The position numbers were made by a program, and so were the translations under genes. A stretch of 64,000 bases of DNA from Eledone cirrhosa (Eukaryota): assembly GCA_964016885.1 (NCBI GenBank), contig OZ024748.1, forward strand, positions 12,896,001 to 12,960,000, written 5' to 3'. The notes below the pieces were generated by a model that saw nothing but the letters and a program-made list of their open reading frames with translations, searched no databases and had not been told where the DNA came from. Of the stretch, positions 42,554 to 57,859 are shown piece after piece. Numbering within the stretch: the first letter of the stretch is position 1; every line of letters begins with the position of its first letter.

Positions 42554-43025
42554 TACACACACATATATATATACATATATATACATATCTCTATATATAT
42601 ATATCTATATCTATATATATATATATATATGTATAAATGAAAATGTATGTATATATATATATTGTATTATATATGTATGTATGTATATATATGTATATAT
42701 ATATGTGTGTATTTATGTATATATATATATGTGTATATATATATTGTATATATATGTATTTATGTATATATATGTATATATATATATGTATATATATATT
42801 TTCATGCTTCCGAAAGTTCTATGTTCTAATCCCTGGTTTTTAATACCTTATTAAAAACCAGGGATAGAACATAGAACTTTCGGAAGCATGAAAATATATA
42901 TATACATATATATATATACATATATATACATAAATACATATATATACAATATATATATACACATATATATATATACATAAATACACACATATATATGTAC
43001 ATATATATACATACATATATATACA

Positions 43026-43056
<31 letters not shown>

Positions 43057-43071
43057 CATACATTTTCATTT

Positions 43072-43123
<52 letters not shown>

Positions 43124-43267
43124 ATAGATATATAGATATGTATATATATATATATATGTGTGTGTATGTGTGTGTGTATGAACGCGAGTGTTTGTGAGTG
43201 TTTTGGTACCTTATACCTGATTTTGCATATTTTACCAAACATTTACATATTCATCTCTTTGTATATA
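42411..43267. repeat. ~430-bp-arm inverted duplication
   Basis: Centre TAATA-CCT-TATTA at 42841-42853; unique blocks and embedded microsatellites are mirrored. Confidence 0.9.
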
Positions 43268-43354
43268 CCTCCCCTTTTAACTTCTCTCCCTCATTCTCTC
43301 TCACTTTCTATATATATACACATACGTATATATAAATATAAATATATATATATA

Positions 43355-43673
<319 letters not shown>

Positions 43674-43929
43674 AGAGTAGGGGCATGACGGCTGAGCTTT
43701 TGCCCTTTCAACAGCTAGTTCCAGACTCATAATACTTATATATATATCTTCCTTTCTATCTGTTTCCTCATTCGATATATTTCTCTTCCTTCCTACTCTT
43801 ATAGTACAATTTCACATTTTTTCGTATCATTGTCTCTCTCTGCCCCACCCACTCTCTCCCTGACTATCTCTCTCTCTCAATCTCTCTCTCCAATCACTCT
43901 CTATCTTTATCTCTCTCTACTCTCTCTAT

Positions 43930-44155
43930 TGCTTTATGTTCCTCTTCCCTCCCTCTCTTTATCCTCCGCTTTCCCTCCCTCTCTTTATGTTCCTCTTTAT
44001 CATGTGCCCCTCTCTTTATTCTTCTCACTCCCTCTCTTTATGTTCCTCTTTATCATGTCCCCCTCTCTTTATTCTCCCTTTTCCCTCCCTCTCTTTATGT
44101 TCCTCTTTATCATGTCCCCCTCTCTTTATCCTCCTCTTTCCATCCCTCTCTTTAT
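43930..44155. repeat. Pyrimidine-rich minisatellite
   Basis: CCCTCTCTTTATGTTCCTCTTTATCATGT units. Confidence 0.8.
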
Positions 44156-44588
44156 ACCACTCACTCCTTTTCTTCCTCACCACATATACTTTATACTTTT
44201 CTAATATTTATATTTTGTAAATGTCTGCCATTTTCCTCCTTATATATATCGTTATATTTTATCCATTTCCTGGTTATTAACGAATAATATCCTTTCCTCC
44301 AATTTACCTCTAGGTTTCCTCTAGTTTTCCTCTTCAAATCTCTATCTATTCGTTTCAACTTGAATCTCAATTTCATTCTCGTCCATTCCGCCATCGTTGG
44401 ATTCTAAAATACCACTAAAAACAAATATAATAAAAAAGAGAAAGAAAAAGAAGCGAAAGAAAGAAATTAATGTTTTCACTCTTTTCTTCCTATTTAAAAA
44501 AAATCTTTAATATCACTTACTTTTCACACACAACTACACACACACTCACACACACATTCATACACACATACACATACATATATATATA

Positions 44589-44696
<108 letters not shown>

Positions 44697-44728
44697 AAAT
44701 ATATATATATGCATATATATATGTATGT

Positions 44729-44800
<72 letters not shown>

Positions 44801-44917
44801 ACATACATATACATACGTATACATATATATATATATATATATACACATATATATATACATGTATGTATATGTACATGTATATATATATGTACATGTACAT
44901 GTTTATATGCATGCATA

Positions 44918-44971
<54 letters not shown>

Positions 44972-44987
44972 TATATATAAATATATA

Positions 44988-45060
<73 letters not shown>

Positions 45061-45095
45061 CTATACATATATATATATGTATACATATACATATA

Positions 45096-45162
<67 letters not shown>

Positions 45163-45446
45163 TATAATATATATATATATATATAGTGTTTATATATCCG
45201 TGTGCATATGAGAGTGTGTGTGTCTGTGTGTGTATACACATTCACTTCAATATTCCCCACTGATAGAAATTGAACTGGAATGGTGAATTAAATATAAATG
45301 ATTATCAAACTATTTCTCTGCCTATTTGTCAACGTCCGCCTAAAATACGATGGCCTCTCGGTTCGACGCTTTTTTCAACAGCAATAGGCTCTGATGTTTT
45401 AACGACTGTTTCGAAATCAGCCGAACAATTCGACCGTAGCAAATTC

Positions 45447-45469
45447 TTCTCCAAGCATCCACACACAGG

Positions 45470-45560
<91 letters not shown>

Positions 45561-45585
45561 GTATGCCTGTGTGTGGATGCTTGGA

Positions 45586-45588
<3 letters not shown>
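45447..45588. repeat. 30-bp perfect inverted repeat around a (TA)n loop
   Basis: TTCTCCAAGCATCCACACACAGGCATACAT / ATGTATGCCTGTGTGTGGATGCTTGGAGAA. Confidence 0.9.
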
Positions 45589-45649
<61 letters not shown>

Positions 45650-45830
45650 ATATACATATATATCTTTATATATATATATATACATATATATATATGTGTA
45701 TATATATAAATATATATACAAATATATTTATATATATATATATATGTATATGTGAGTATATATATACACACACACACACATATATATATATATATCTACA
45801 TATATATAAATATATATACAAATATATATA

Positions 45831-45897
<67 letters not shown>

Positions 45898-46250
45898 GTA
45901 CATACATACATATATACATATAAATATTATATATATGTATATATATATATATATATATATGTGTGTATGTATATATATATTCTCACATATACTTGCATAT
46001 ATAAATACGCTTATGAGCACGAATACTACATATGTAAAAATTTACACATGTATACATATGTATATATACACATACATACACATATATGTGTGTATATGTT
46101 TGTATATATGTGTGTGCGTATAATTTTTGCAAACTCACATATCTGTATTTTAATAACAATCATACATGCACATGTCCATCGAAATTAATACAATGCATAC
46201 CATGTGTATGTATATATGTATGAATGTATGCATATACCTATGTATATATC

Positions 46251-46361
<111 letters not shown>

Positions 46362-46463
46362 TATATATATACACAAACATTTTCTTGGTGTTCACTATAT
46401 TTGAATTGATCGAGCGTGGATATACAATTTCGTAGTTACATGAAATTGATATGGGTTTCTGAT

Positions 46464-46538
<75 letters not shown>

Positions 46539-48527
46539 CATATATTTACATACATATACATCTGTATTTGCATTATACAAAGTTCCTGGTGAGCTACATA
46601 TAGTTTTAGTATAATTTAAGGCATAAGTTATATATATATATATATATACATGTATATATATATATATGTACATACATATATATATATGTATATATATATA
46701 TATTTATAAATAAGTAAATGTACATATACATATATATATATACATATATTTATACATATATTTACATACATATATGTTTGCATTTGTATTATATAAAGTT
46801 CCTGGTGAGCTACATATAGTTTTAGTATAAGTTATACCATTTTTAATAAATATGTTCAGAAACCCAATATGGAGTGGTTGCACCACAAGTTAGATTACTA
46901 AATGTGTAGAAAGTATTCGGTTACTTAGTATATAATTTGTTGTTTTGTTAGTAAGAATACATAAGTTCTGCCACCAGATAGTTTATTAACTAAGTTTATA
47001 CAAATTGGGTATCTGTAAAACCATGCAATCTAATTTGCAAGGAAGTGCATGAGCTTTCAACGTAGATTAACTAATTCAACAGCTATTTTGAGTTATTTGA
47101 AATGCAATGTATTGGCGGTAATTCATTTCTTTTTAGTTGGCTCAGTCAACAATAACACTTTGGAGTGTGTTTCTTTTTTTCACTGTATTCCGCACAAATT
47201 TTTACTTGCCTCGTAGGGGCAACTATTTTTTTGACATATGCCATCCATCCGATGATTTTCCAAGCAGTTTTCGTATACACGTCTCAGGTGAACTTTAGAC
47301 AATAGGAAACATAATTTGTCCGTGATGCCACTCTGTCAGAGTGAATAGCACAATATTTCATGTTTGGGAAAGGAATTTCTTAACCACTCGTTCATACTTA
47401 GTCCATTTAGTTGAGAACTAAACAGCAATAACCACTGTATATGACATCAACCACTAGTTTTCGGTTCTCATCTTAACAACTCGAGTGTTTGTGAGTGTTG
47501 TAGTACGTTATAATATCTGAAGAAGAAGAAGAAGAAGAAGAAGAAGAAGAAGAAGAAGAAGAAGAAGAGAAGAAGAAGAAGAAGAAGAAGAAGAAGAAGA
47601 AGAAGAAGAAGAAGAAGAAGAAGAAGAAGAAGAAGAAGAACAACAACAACAACAACAACAACAACAAACATCAACTACTACTACAACAAGACGTGTATTA
47701 AAGCAATATATGTTCCACTCTCTGTTCAAATACCAGTCCCACAGAAATCGACTCTTTGCATTCCATCTTTTTGGGGTCGATAAAGAAATAATCAGGTCAT
47801 TATTAGTACAGCTCATTCTCCGTTCAGCTGTCACATCCTAGATGTTCTGCTAGATAAAGGATTTGAGACTCGAGAATGTGTTTATATTTACCCTCCATTA
47901 ATTTGGCTCAAAGCATGGTAATTCTACCATGTCATACTCGATTGCCAGTAACGTCCGTAATAGGAAATATAAAATATAAAATATACATAAATGACTGGTG
48001 GTTTTTTCTGAACTAAAAAGTACGAAAGCGACGGTGAAAATGTGTCATGACTTAGTAAAAAATATATGGCCTTACTGGCCTTCCATACAGTATGTCCAAA
48101 TAAATTGTTACAAGCGTCTGGGAAGGCGGACCCAAAGTTTGTAAAGTTAGGAAAGAGGGCGGATTGACCTCTTTGAAAACCGGCAACAGCTATTTCTGTA
48201 TATATTTATTTATTTTGTTTTATGCAGGATTTTTTCGTGGTGTTGGTGCTGGTGGTGGTAGTGGTGATGGTAGTGGGCTGTAGGCTGTGTTGGTGGTGGT
48301 GATCGTAGTGGGCTGTAAGATGTGGTGGTGGTGGCGATGGTGGTGGTGGTGGTGGTGGTGGTGGTGGTGGTGGTGATATGAGTAGTTTTATTTTCTGTTT
48401 TTGTCATTGTCACATTGGGAGAAAGAGGGAGTGAGAGACGAGAAGGGAGACACACACACAAATACACACACATATACATACACACACACACACACACTCA
48501 CATATATATATATATACATATATATAT

Positions 48528-48579
<52 letters not shown>

Positions 48580-49269
48580 TGAGAGAGAGAAAGAGAGAGA
48601 GAGAGAGAGATGGGCAGGGGGATAGGGAGATGTAAAGAAGAATGAGAAGGCGGTGGACATTCTCGTCATGACAGAAACCTTTTGGAATCTATTCCTTTTA
48701 GTGCAGTGTCTCTTGTTAAGGGGTTTGGAGGTGAAGTAGATGTACATGACAGTGGCGTTGTGGCTGTTGTAGTTATTGTAGTTGTTGGAGACGACGACAA
48801 CGACAACAACAACAACAACTGACACAATAATCGTAATAATAATGATAACAACAAGAAGAAGAATAACTATAAACATCACACATAAACAACAAACAACTAC
48901 AAGGACCCGAGGCAGTTGGTGGATGAACTCAATGATACTGCGATATAAGTTCACATTTTAAATCAGAAACAACCTTAATAACAACTACAACTACATTCTT
49001 AAGAACAACAACAATAACAGCAACAACAATAGTAACAACAGCAATAGCAAAAATATCCTATAACATAGGGGGCAGTAATTTTTTTTACAGGGATGACTAA
49101 TTTTTTAAAGGAATGTAGATACATAGTTTTTTTTACAGAAATTCCCTCAGTATATCCCTGGTATCTATAACATGGTACAACAATTGAAATTAACTTCTCT
49201 TTGATTTGAACGAAAAAATAACGATGTTACCTAAAGAACAAACAAATATAAACATAAATAAATTGTATC

Positions 49270-50070
49270 ATTTATAAATCAAATAATTTTGACATATAAA
49301 TCAAATAATGTCGGTGTAGATCAAATAATGTCTTTTTTACAGAAAATAATATTTTTTTTATTTACATAAAACAATATTCAATTATATAATGTAATGCTTT
49401 CTTTTTACATAAAATAATGTTTATTTAAGAAAGGCAATATTTATTTGGATAATAATATATTTATTTGGATAACAATATATTAAGAGAAAATAATATATAT
49501 TTAGATAAAATAATATTCATTTAGATAAAATAATATATATTTAAATAAAATAATATTTATTTACATAAAACAATATTTAATTACATAATATAATGGGTTT
49601 TTATATAAAATAATGTTTATTGAAGAAAAGCAATATTTATTTGATAAAACACAATATATTAAGAGAAAATAATATATATTTAAAAAATATAATATTCATT
49701 TAGATGAAATTATATTTTCTTAGATAAAACAATATTTATATGGCTAAATAATATTTATTTAGATAAAATAATACTTACTGAGATAAAATCACATTTATTT
49801 AGATAAAGATATTTAATTAGATAATATTTTAATTATGTAAAATATTATTTAATTAGATAAAATAATTGTTTCTACTTTTTGGCACAAGGCCAGCAATCAC
49901 CCAGTGCATTACTGGTACTTTATTTTATCGACCCCGTAAGGATGAAAGGCAAAGTTAACCTCGGCGGGATTTGAACTCAGAATGGAAAGGGCTGTAACTT
50001 TTACTTAAAATAATATTTACTAGGATGAAACTATATATTTAGATAAAATGATATTTAGTTAACTAGAGTA
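49270..50070. repeat. AT-rich ~20-bp degenerate minisatellite
   Basis: TTTAGATAAAATAATATTTA-like units, interrupted by a SINE. Confidence 0.75.
49862..50000 (-). mobile_element. 5'-truncated tRNA-derived SINE
   Basis: GGCACAAGGCCAGC...ATCGACCCCGTAAGGATGAAAGGC...GGGATTTGAACTC. Confidence 0.85.
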
Positions 50071-50364
50071 ATATATTTTAAAACAAATTATTCTATATTC
50101 AGGTAAAATAACGTGCATTTAGATATGTTTATATTTATTTCCTGCCAGAAGTTGCAATCGGCAGCTTCAGAGTACTTACAGTCTAAATAATTAACGTAAA
50201 CAATTCTATCCTTGGCTATAACGTTTCTGCCTGGCCGTGATATTTGTAAGCATTTAACAAGGAATTATATAGATCTTTCCCCGTCGTTTCACTCTGGAAC
50301 TTCTGTATAAGGCTGTTGGAGAAAATGACTGCATCTGAGGGCAAATGATGTTATGTTATATAGT

Positions 50365-50570
50365 GAGTGGTTTTTCTGTTCTCATTCTGATTTAATTTCA
50401 TGAGTTCGATTCCCTGTGGCGTGTTGTGTTCTTGAACAAGACGTTTAATTTCCCGTTGCTTCAGTTCATTTAACTGACAAATGTGAGTCGTATCTGTAAT
50501 TTCAAAGAACAGCATTATCACAGGTTGTGTCACATTGAATCTTCCTGAGATTTACGTATATCTGACTATC
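50365..50570 (+). mobile_element. Second tRNA-derived SINE family (CORE-like), degenerate
   Basis: GAGTTCGATTCC B box followed by TGTGTTCTTGAACAAGAC...TTGCTTCAGTTCA. Confidence 0.55.
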
Positions 50571-50679
50571 AAGCCAAATGTTTATTTTTCTCATCGAGTT
50601 CACGAAGTCAATGCATGAAGAGTATTGGGGGCCACAATCAAATAGGTTAGCAGCCATGAAGGTAGGCAGTGAGGCAGTT

Positions 50680-51405
50680 AAACGGACAGACAGACAGGTA
50701 AGTATATATACAGGTAGACAACTAGAGAAGTAAGCATTCAGAGAGACATACAGGTAGAAAGGCAGACAGACAGACAAGTAAGCAGACATTTAGGTAGACA
50801 GCCAGAGAGTAAGCATGCAGACAAACAGACGGACAGGTAAGCTGGCATACAGGTAGACAGTCAGACAGGTAAAATGACAGACAAACAGACAGAGGTGTAA
50901 GCATGCAAACCGTCAAACAAACGGACAGGTAAGCTGGCATACAGGTAGACAGCCAGACAGGTAAAATGACAGACAAACAGACAGAGGTGTAAGCATGCAA
51001 ACCGTCAAACAAACGGACAGGTAAGCTGGCATACAGGTAGACAGTCAGACAGGTAAACATGACAGACAGGTAAGGAGGCAGACAGCCAGACGAACAGACA
51101 GGTAAACAGACAGACGAACAGACAGGTAAGCAGGCAGACAGCCAGACAGACTGACAGGTAAACAGACAGACAGACATACGAACAGACAGGTAAGCAGACA
51201 GACAACCAGACAGACAGACAGGTAAACAGACAGACGGACATACGAACAGACAGGTAAGCAGGCAGACAGTCAGACAGACAGGTAAACAGACAGACAGACA
51301 TACGAACAGACAGGTAAGCAGGCAGACAGTCAGACAGACAGGTAAACAGACAGACAGACATACGAACAGACAGGTAAGCAGGCATACAGGTAGACAGACA
51401 TTGAG
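50680..51405. repeat. CAGA/CAGGTA higher-order minisatellite
   Basis: 60-bp period at 51181-51390 and ~90-bp period at 50830-51050. Confidence 0.85.
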
Positions 51406-51920
51406 ACATGCGGGAATCGTCCAAGGCAAGTTGTGTAGTGATTTCTGTCGGTATCACTGGGTACATCAATAAATAAGGTGAGTCACTGCAATACACCTAC
51501 ACTAACACAACACCTCCATTTCACCCCCATTTCACCCCGTTTCACCTGGTTACAACCCGCCTACCTCTACCTTGGCAATAACACACCTTCTCTCTCTCAC
51601 ACATGCCGCACTGGCTCTTTCATCCTTTACACGCTGCTTAGTTTTTATATGCTCTCTCTCTCTGTCTTTCTTTCCCTCTCTTTTTCATTCACTCTCTCTC
51701 TCTATCTCTCTCTTTCTCTCTCTACCTGTCTCTCTCGCTCTTTCTTTCTATCTTTCTTTCTTTCTTTCTCCCTCTCACTCTGGCTCACTCTCTCTCTCTA
51801 TCTCTCTACCTATCTCTCTCGCCTTCTCTCGCTTTCTTTCTTTCTTTCTTTCTTTTTTTCTTTCTCCCTCTCCCTCTGGCTCACTCTCTCTCTCTATCTC
51901 TCTACCTATCTCTCTCGCCT

Positions 51921-51958
<38 letters not shown>

Positions 51959-52962
51959 TCGCTCTGGCTCTCTCTCTTTCACTCTTTCTCTCTCTGTTTC
52001 TCCCTCTCTCCCTTTATCTTCCCCCTCTATCTCTCTCTCACTTTCTCTCACCTCTCTCTCTCCCTCTCTCTCTCTATCTCTCTGTTTCTCTCTCTTCCTA
52101 TCTCTCTCGCTCTCTCTTTCTTTCTTTCCTTCTCCCCCTCTCTCTTCCTCTCTCTGTCTCTCTCTATTTCTCATTCTCTCCCTCTCTCCCCCTCTCTCTC
52201 TGTATATGCGTATGTGTGAATATGAGTAAGAATGAGGATTGTGTGAGCGTATGCAGTTGTGTGTTTATGTGACGGTGTATGTGTGTGAGCATGTGTGTGT
52301 GTGTGTGAGAATGTGGATGAGTGTGAGGGAATGTGAATGTGTGTGTATATGTGTGTGTAGGAGGGGGACTGCGGGTATGTGTGTGAGGGAATTCGAATCG
52401 GTATGTGTATGTAGGTGTGTGTTAATATGTGTGTGTGTGTGTGTGTGTGTGTGAAGGAATGAGAATGTGTGAGCGTATGTAGGTTTGTGTGTATATGTGA
52501 AGGTGTGTGTGTATGTGAAGGTGTGTGTGTGTTTGAATGTGGGTGAGTGTGTGTGTGTTTGAATGTGGGTGAGTGTGTAGTGTGAAGGAATGTGAATGCG
52601 TGTGTATGTGTATGTGCATGTGTGGGTGGGAATCCGGGTGTGTGTGAGGTAATGTGAATTTCGGGTGTGTGTGTGTGTGCATATGTAGGTGTCTGTTTAT
52701 GTGAGGGTGTGTGTGTATTTACATGTGTGCGTGTGTCTATGTGTGTGTGGAGGGGGGATGTCGGTGTGTGTGTGTATGTAGGTGTGTTTATGTGAGGATG
52801 TGTGTGTGTGTGTGTATGTGTTCGTGTGTGTATGTGTGTGTGTGAGTGTATAATCGTGTTATATTTTTTGGTTCATGGGTATATTATCAATGTTTTATTT
52901 GTTTTTGATATTGTTGGTGTGCACTATATTGCATCTCTCTCTCTCCCCCTCTCCCCCCACCC

Positions 52963-53008
<46 letters not shown>

Positions 53009-53163
53009 AAAGATATCTCTCTCTCTATATATATATATACATATATGTGTATGTATGTATTTACATATATACCTGAATTTATATAATATACATACATGCA
53101 TATACACAGATACACACACACAAACTCAGATAAACGTATGCTTACTCCTAATACTACTACTAT

Positions 53164-53206
<43 letters not shown>

Positions 53207-53276
53207 GCGGCCGCTACTGGTGCTGCTGCTACTACTACTGTTGTTGTTTGTTTAATTGTTGTTTTCTCCTCCTTAC

Positions 53277-53337
53277 CTTCTCCGTTCTCAAATATCTGAG
53301 CGAAACCGAGGTCGCTGCCAGACGGCGATCAAAGGAA
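53277..53337 (-). CDS. Candidate 61-nt spliced exon, unknown gene
   Basis: (CT)n-CCTGTAG acceptor, AAG|GTAAGG donor, single open frame [20 protein letters not shown]. Confidence 0.3.
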
Positions 53338-53341
53338 CTAC

Positions 53342-53426
<85 letters not shown>

Positions 53427-53504
53427 CGAGAGAGACAGAGAAAGAGAGAGAGAGAGTGTGCGTGTGTCTCGAAGATCCTCACATGTATACATACATTCAT
53501 TCTT

Positions 53505-53593
<89 letters not shown>

Positions 53594-53636
53594 CATATAT
53601 ACATACATACAAGCATACTTATACACATGCGTACAT

Positions 53637-53680
<44 letters not shown>

Positions 53681-54407
53681 GCATATATAATACTTATATA
53701 CATACATGAACACAAGCATACTTATATGGGTACGTACGTACATATATATTTGTGTGTGTGTATACATATGTATATATATATAGATATATATATATATATA
53801 TATATGCACACATAGAAAAATACATACATGCCAAAATATATACACATGTACATGCATACAAGCGTACATATATACTCATATAAACGTATTTAGTATTTAG
53901 AAGATAGCTATAAAGTTATATACATACATGTATAGCTACATATATCACACGTATATATACTTACATACATACAAACATACATACATATGGATATATATAT
54001 ATATTTGTCTGTGTGTGTATGTGTGTGTGAATGTGTGCCTGTGTGTGTGGTTGTGTATGTGTACGTATGCATGAAGGCGTGTGTGTGTTTACATACATAT
54101 ATTTTCTAGCAAACGTCGGTAAATCTTGTAAGTGTACGGAGTTTAACAATAGAAAGTGTTCTGCTTCAGAACAAAATGGCGATATTTTGTGTCGCCATTT
54201 TCATTTTACTAGTGGCCTCCATGTCTGTCTCTGGTGATGGTAGTGATGATTGTGTTGGTGGTGAAAGTATTTGTGATGATGATGGTGGTGGTGTGAGTAG
54301 TGGTGGTAGTGCTGGGGACAAGGAGGACTCTCTGTCGCTTTCAACTTCATTCTTGCGGACTAAACTAAAACGATATCATTTTTCCTTGCCATTACTCGTT
54401 CGCCGCC

Positions 54408-54573
<166 letters not shown>

Positions 54574-54695
54574 ATATATACACACACACATACATATATG
54601 ATATATGAGAGAGAGAGAGAAGGAGAGAAGGAGAAGGTGAGAGAGAGTGTGCGTGTGTCTCGAAGATTCTCACATGTATACATACATACATTCTT

Positions 54696-54742
<47 letters not shown>

Positions 54743-54905
54743 CATACAAATATACATACATACAGGCATACTTATACACATACGTACAGACACATATACA
54801 TATATGATATATTACTTCAGAATATAATACAGATTTCTTACCTTTATTACGATTAATGTACTAAGTATTTATCACTCTTTCCCATTCAACCAGTATAATA
54901 TATGC

Positions 54906-54983
<78 letters not shown>

Positions 54984-55116
54984 GGTGTGGGATGCTTAAA
55001 GTTTGGTGAATTTAAATACTCGTTTACTTAAAACATTTAAATATTAACTGTATGAGAACGCAATTTCTGAAGAAAAAAATGTGATAGTCACCTTGTAAGT
55101 CCAGTTATTGTCTCGT

Positions 55117-55169
<53 letters not shown>

Positions 55170-55217
55170 CACATATATATATATACATATATATACATTT
55201 TTACAGAGAGAGACGTG

Positions 55218-55283
<66 letters not shown>

Positions 55284-55347
55284 CTATGTATATATATATA
55301 TATTATATATATATAATATATATTTTTGTATATATATATGCATATAT

Positions 55348-55400
<53 letters not shown>

Positions 55401-55403
55401 TAT

Positions 55404-55585
55404 ATTTGTTTCTACTTTAGGCACAAGGCCAGCAATAATCCAGTTCATTACTGGTACTTTATTTTATCGACCCCGTAAGGATGAAAGGCAAAGTCAACCT
55501 CGGCGGGATTTGAACTCAGATCGTAAAGGGACGTAAGTATGCTGGAAAGCATGGCGTCCGACCCTCTACCGATACTGCCAATCCA
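55404..55585 (-). mobile_element. tRNA-derived SINE
   Basis: Near-complete copy ending CCGATACTGCCAATCCA. Confidence 0.85.
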
Positions 55586-55923
55586 TATTCATATATTTAA
55601 TACATATATATACTCTTTTACTCTTTTAGCTGTTCCAACCATCCGGTAGTGCGCCATACTGGGGCACTACCCTTAAAAAATTCGCTCAACGAATTATATA
55701 TAATATATATATAATATATAAAATAATATCTATTATGTATATATATATATAGAGAGAGAGAGAGGGAGGGGGGGGGCTGAGATAGATAGATAGATAACTT
55801 TCTATTTATTTGCCACCAGGGTATAAACTATTGGGACAAATACAAAGGGGGGGGGGGGCATATAGATAGGTAGATAGTTAGACAGATAGATGGATAGATA
55901 TACATTATGTAGATCTAAATATG

Positions 55924-56516
55924 GGCGGTGGATTGGCAGTGTCAGTAGAGAGTCGGACACCATGCCTTGAAGCATAGATTTACGTCCCTTTATGATCTGA
56001 GATCAAATTCCGCCGAGGTTAACTTTGCCTTTCATCCTTACGGGGTCGATAAAATAAAGTACCAGTAATACACTGGGTAATTTGCTGGCCATGTGCCTAA
56101 CGTAGAAACAATTATGTAGATCTAAATATGACAGTAGATTGGCAGTATCGGTAGAGGGTCGGACGCCATGTTTGCAGCATAGAGTTACGGCCCTTGCCAT
56201 TATGAGTTCAAATCCCGCCGAGGTTAACTTTGCCTTTCATCCTTACGAGGTCGATAAAATAAAGTACCAGTAATACACTGGGATAATTGCTGGCCTTGTG
56301 CCAAAAGTAGATACAATTATTTGCTGATAATGGCGGTGGATTGGCAGTCTCGGTAGAGGGTCGGACGCCATGCTTTCCAGCATAGTTACGTCCCTTTACG
56401 ATCTGAGTTCAAATGCCGCTGAGGTTGACTTTGCCTTTCATCCTTACGGGGTCGATAAAATAAAGTACCAGTAATGCACTGGGTGATTTGCTGGCCTTGT
56501 GCCTAACATAGAAACA
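55924..56516 (+). mobile_element. Three head-to-tail tRNA-derived SINEs
   Basis: Copies at ~55924, ~56135, ~56332 with A/B boxes and core. Confidence 0.9.
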
Positions 56517-57019
56517 ATTATGTAGATCTAAATATGACAGATTTACGAAGAGAAAGAGCGAAAGAGATAGTGAGAGACACACATAGAGAGATGGTGTCAT
56601 CTCACATTTTATTATTTGCTGATAATAAATGAATGGATAGATATTAGAGCGAGCATTGCTGCCTCTGCTGTGATTAAATGGCGAGATAAAGTAGTGTAAC
56701 GTAAAATACCCCCCGTTGTTTTACACACAAGCTTTGTGTCTCTGTTATGGCCAATATATCCTTGTGGTGTTCATTCAATGTTAAAGGTGACAGAGTTAGT
56801 TATTTCCCTCCGAATGTACATACTTACTGCGTCCTTCTGCAGCCCAGTAAGTTGTTAAACAACTGTTGTTATGTCGTAAACCTCTAAATACCTATTAAGG
56901 TCCGAATTAACTCCGCCATTAAATGCTGTGAAACGATTCACACACATATATATGTATATATAAATATATGTATGCATATATATATACATATATAAATAGA
57001 TATATTTGTATATATGTAT

Positions 57020-57066
<47 letters not shown>

Positions 57067-57182
57067 TTATTCATATATTTAATACATATATACTCTTTTA
57101 CTCTTTTATCCGTTCCAGCCATCCACAATATTTGTATGCATATATATTGATGTACATTTACATCCATCTATATATTAATTTT

Positions 57183-57230
<48 letters not shown>

Positions 57231-57304
57231 TTTAAATATGTACGCCCGTCCATCAAAATAGCTTGTATACAATATATATATATATATACAATATATATAT
57301 ATAT

Positions 57305-57402
<98 letters not shown>

Positions 57403-57403
<1 letters not shown>

Positions 57404-57623
57404 GTAATAATAATAAATTTGAAGACTAAAATCCAAAGAGGGCTCCAAAAGGATAAATATATATCAGATATATAAGAAGCGTAGAGCAAATATTTATTAA
57501 AATAACAGATTAAAGTTTAAGCAAAGAATCGCTGCTTTTACCCCTTAACGGGATCTTTCTGAAGATCCCGTTAAGGGTGAAAGCAGCGATTCTTTGCTTA
57601 AACTTTAATCTGTTATTTTAATA
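57403..57623 (-). mobile_element. Fold-back mini-element family E
   Basis: ~63-bp arms 57495-57557/57561-57623; CTGAAGA-TCCC(GTTAA)GGGT-GAAA at 57559-57582; tail on the left. Confidence 0.75.
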
Positions 57624-57779
57624 CATATATATATATATATTTAATATATTTAATTTAATATCGTATATATATATATATATATACATTCGTATACACACGC
57701 ATATATATATGATATATATACATATATACTAGTACATGGTGCATACATGTATTATGTACATATATATATACATATATAT

Positions 57780-57859
<80 letters not shown>

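Noticed and set aside
54158-54370. Minus-strand Pro/Ser-rich frame ([16 protein letters not shown]...)
   Set aside because: Largely a CCA/TCA repeat with weak splice signals
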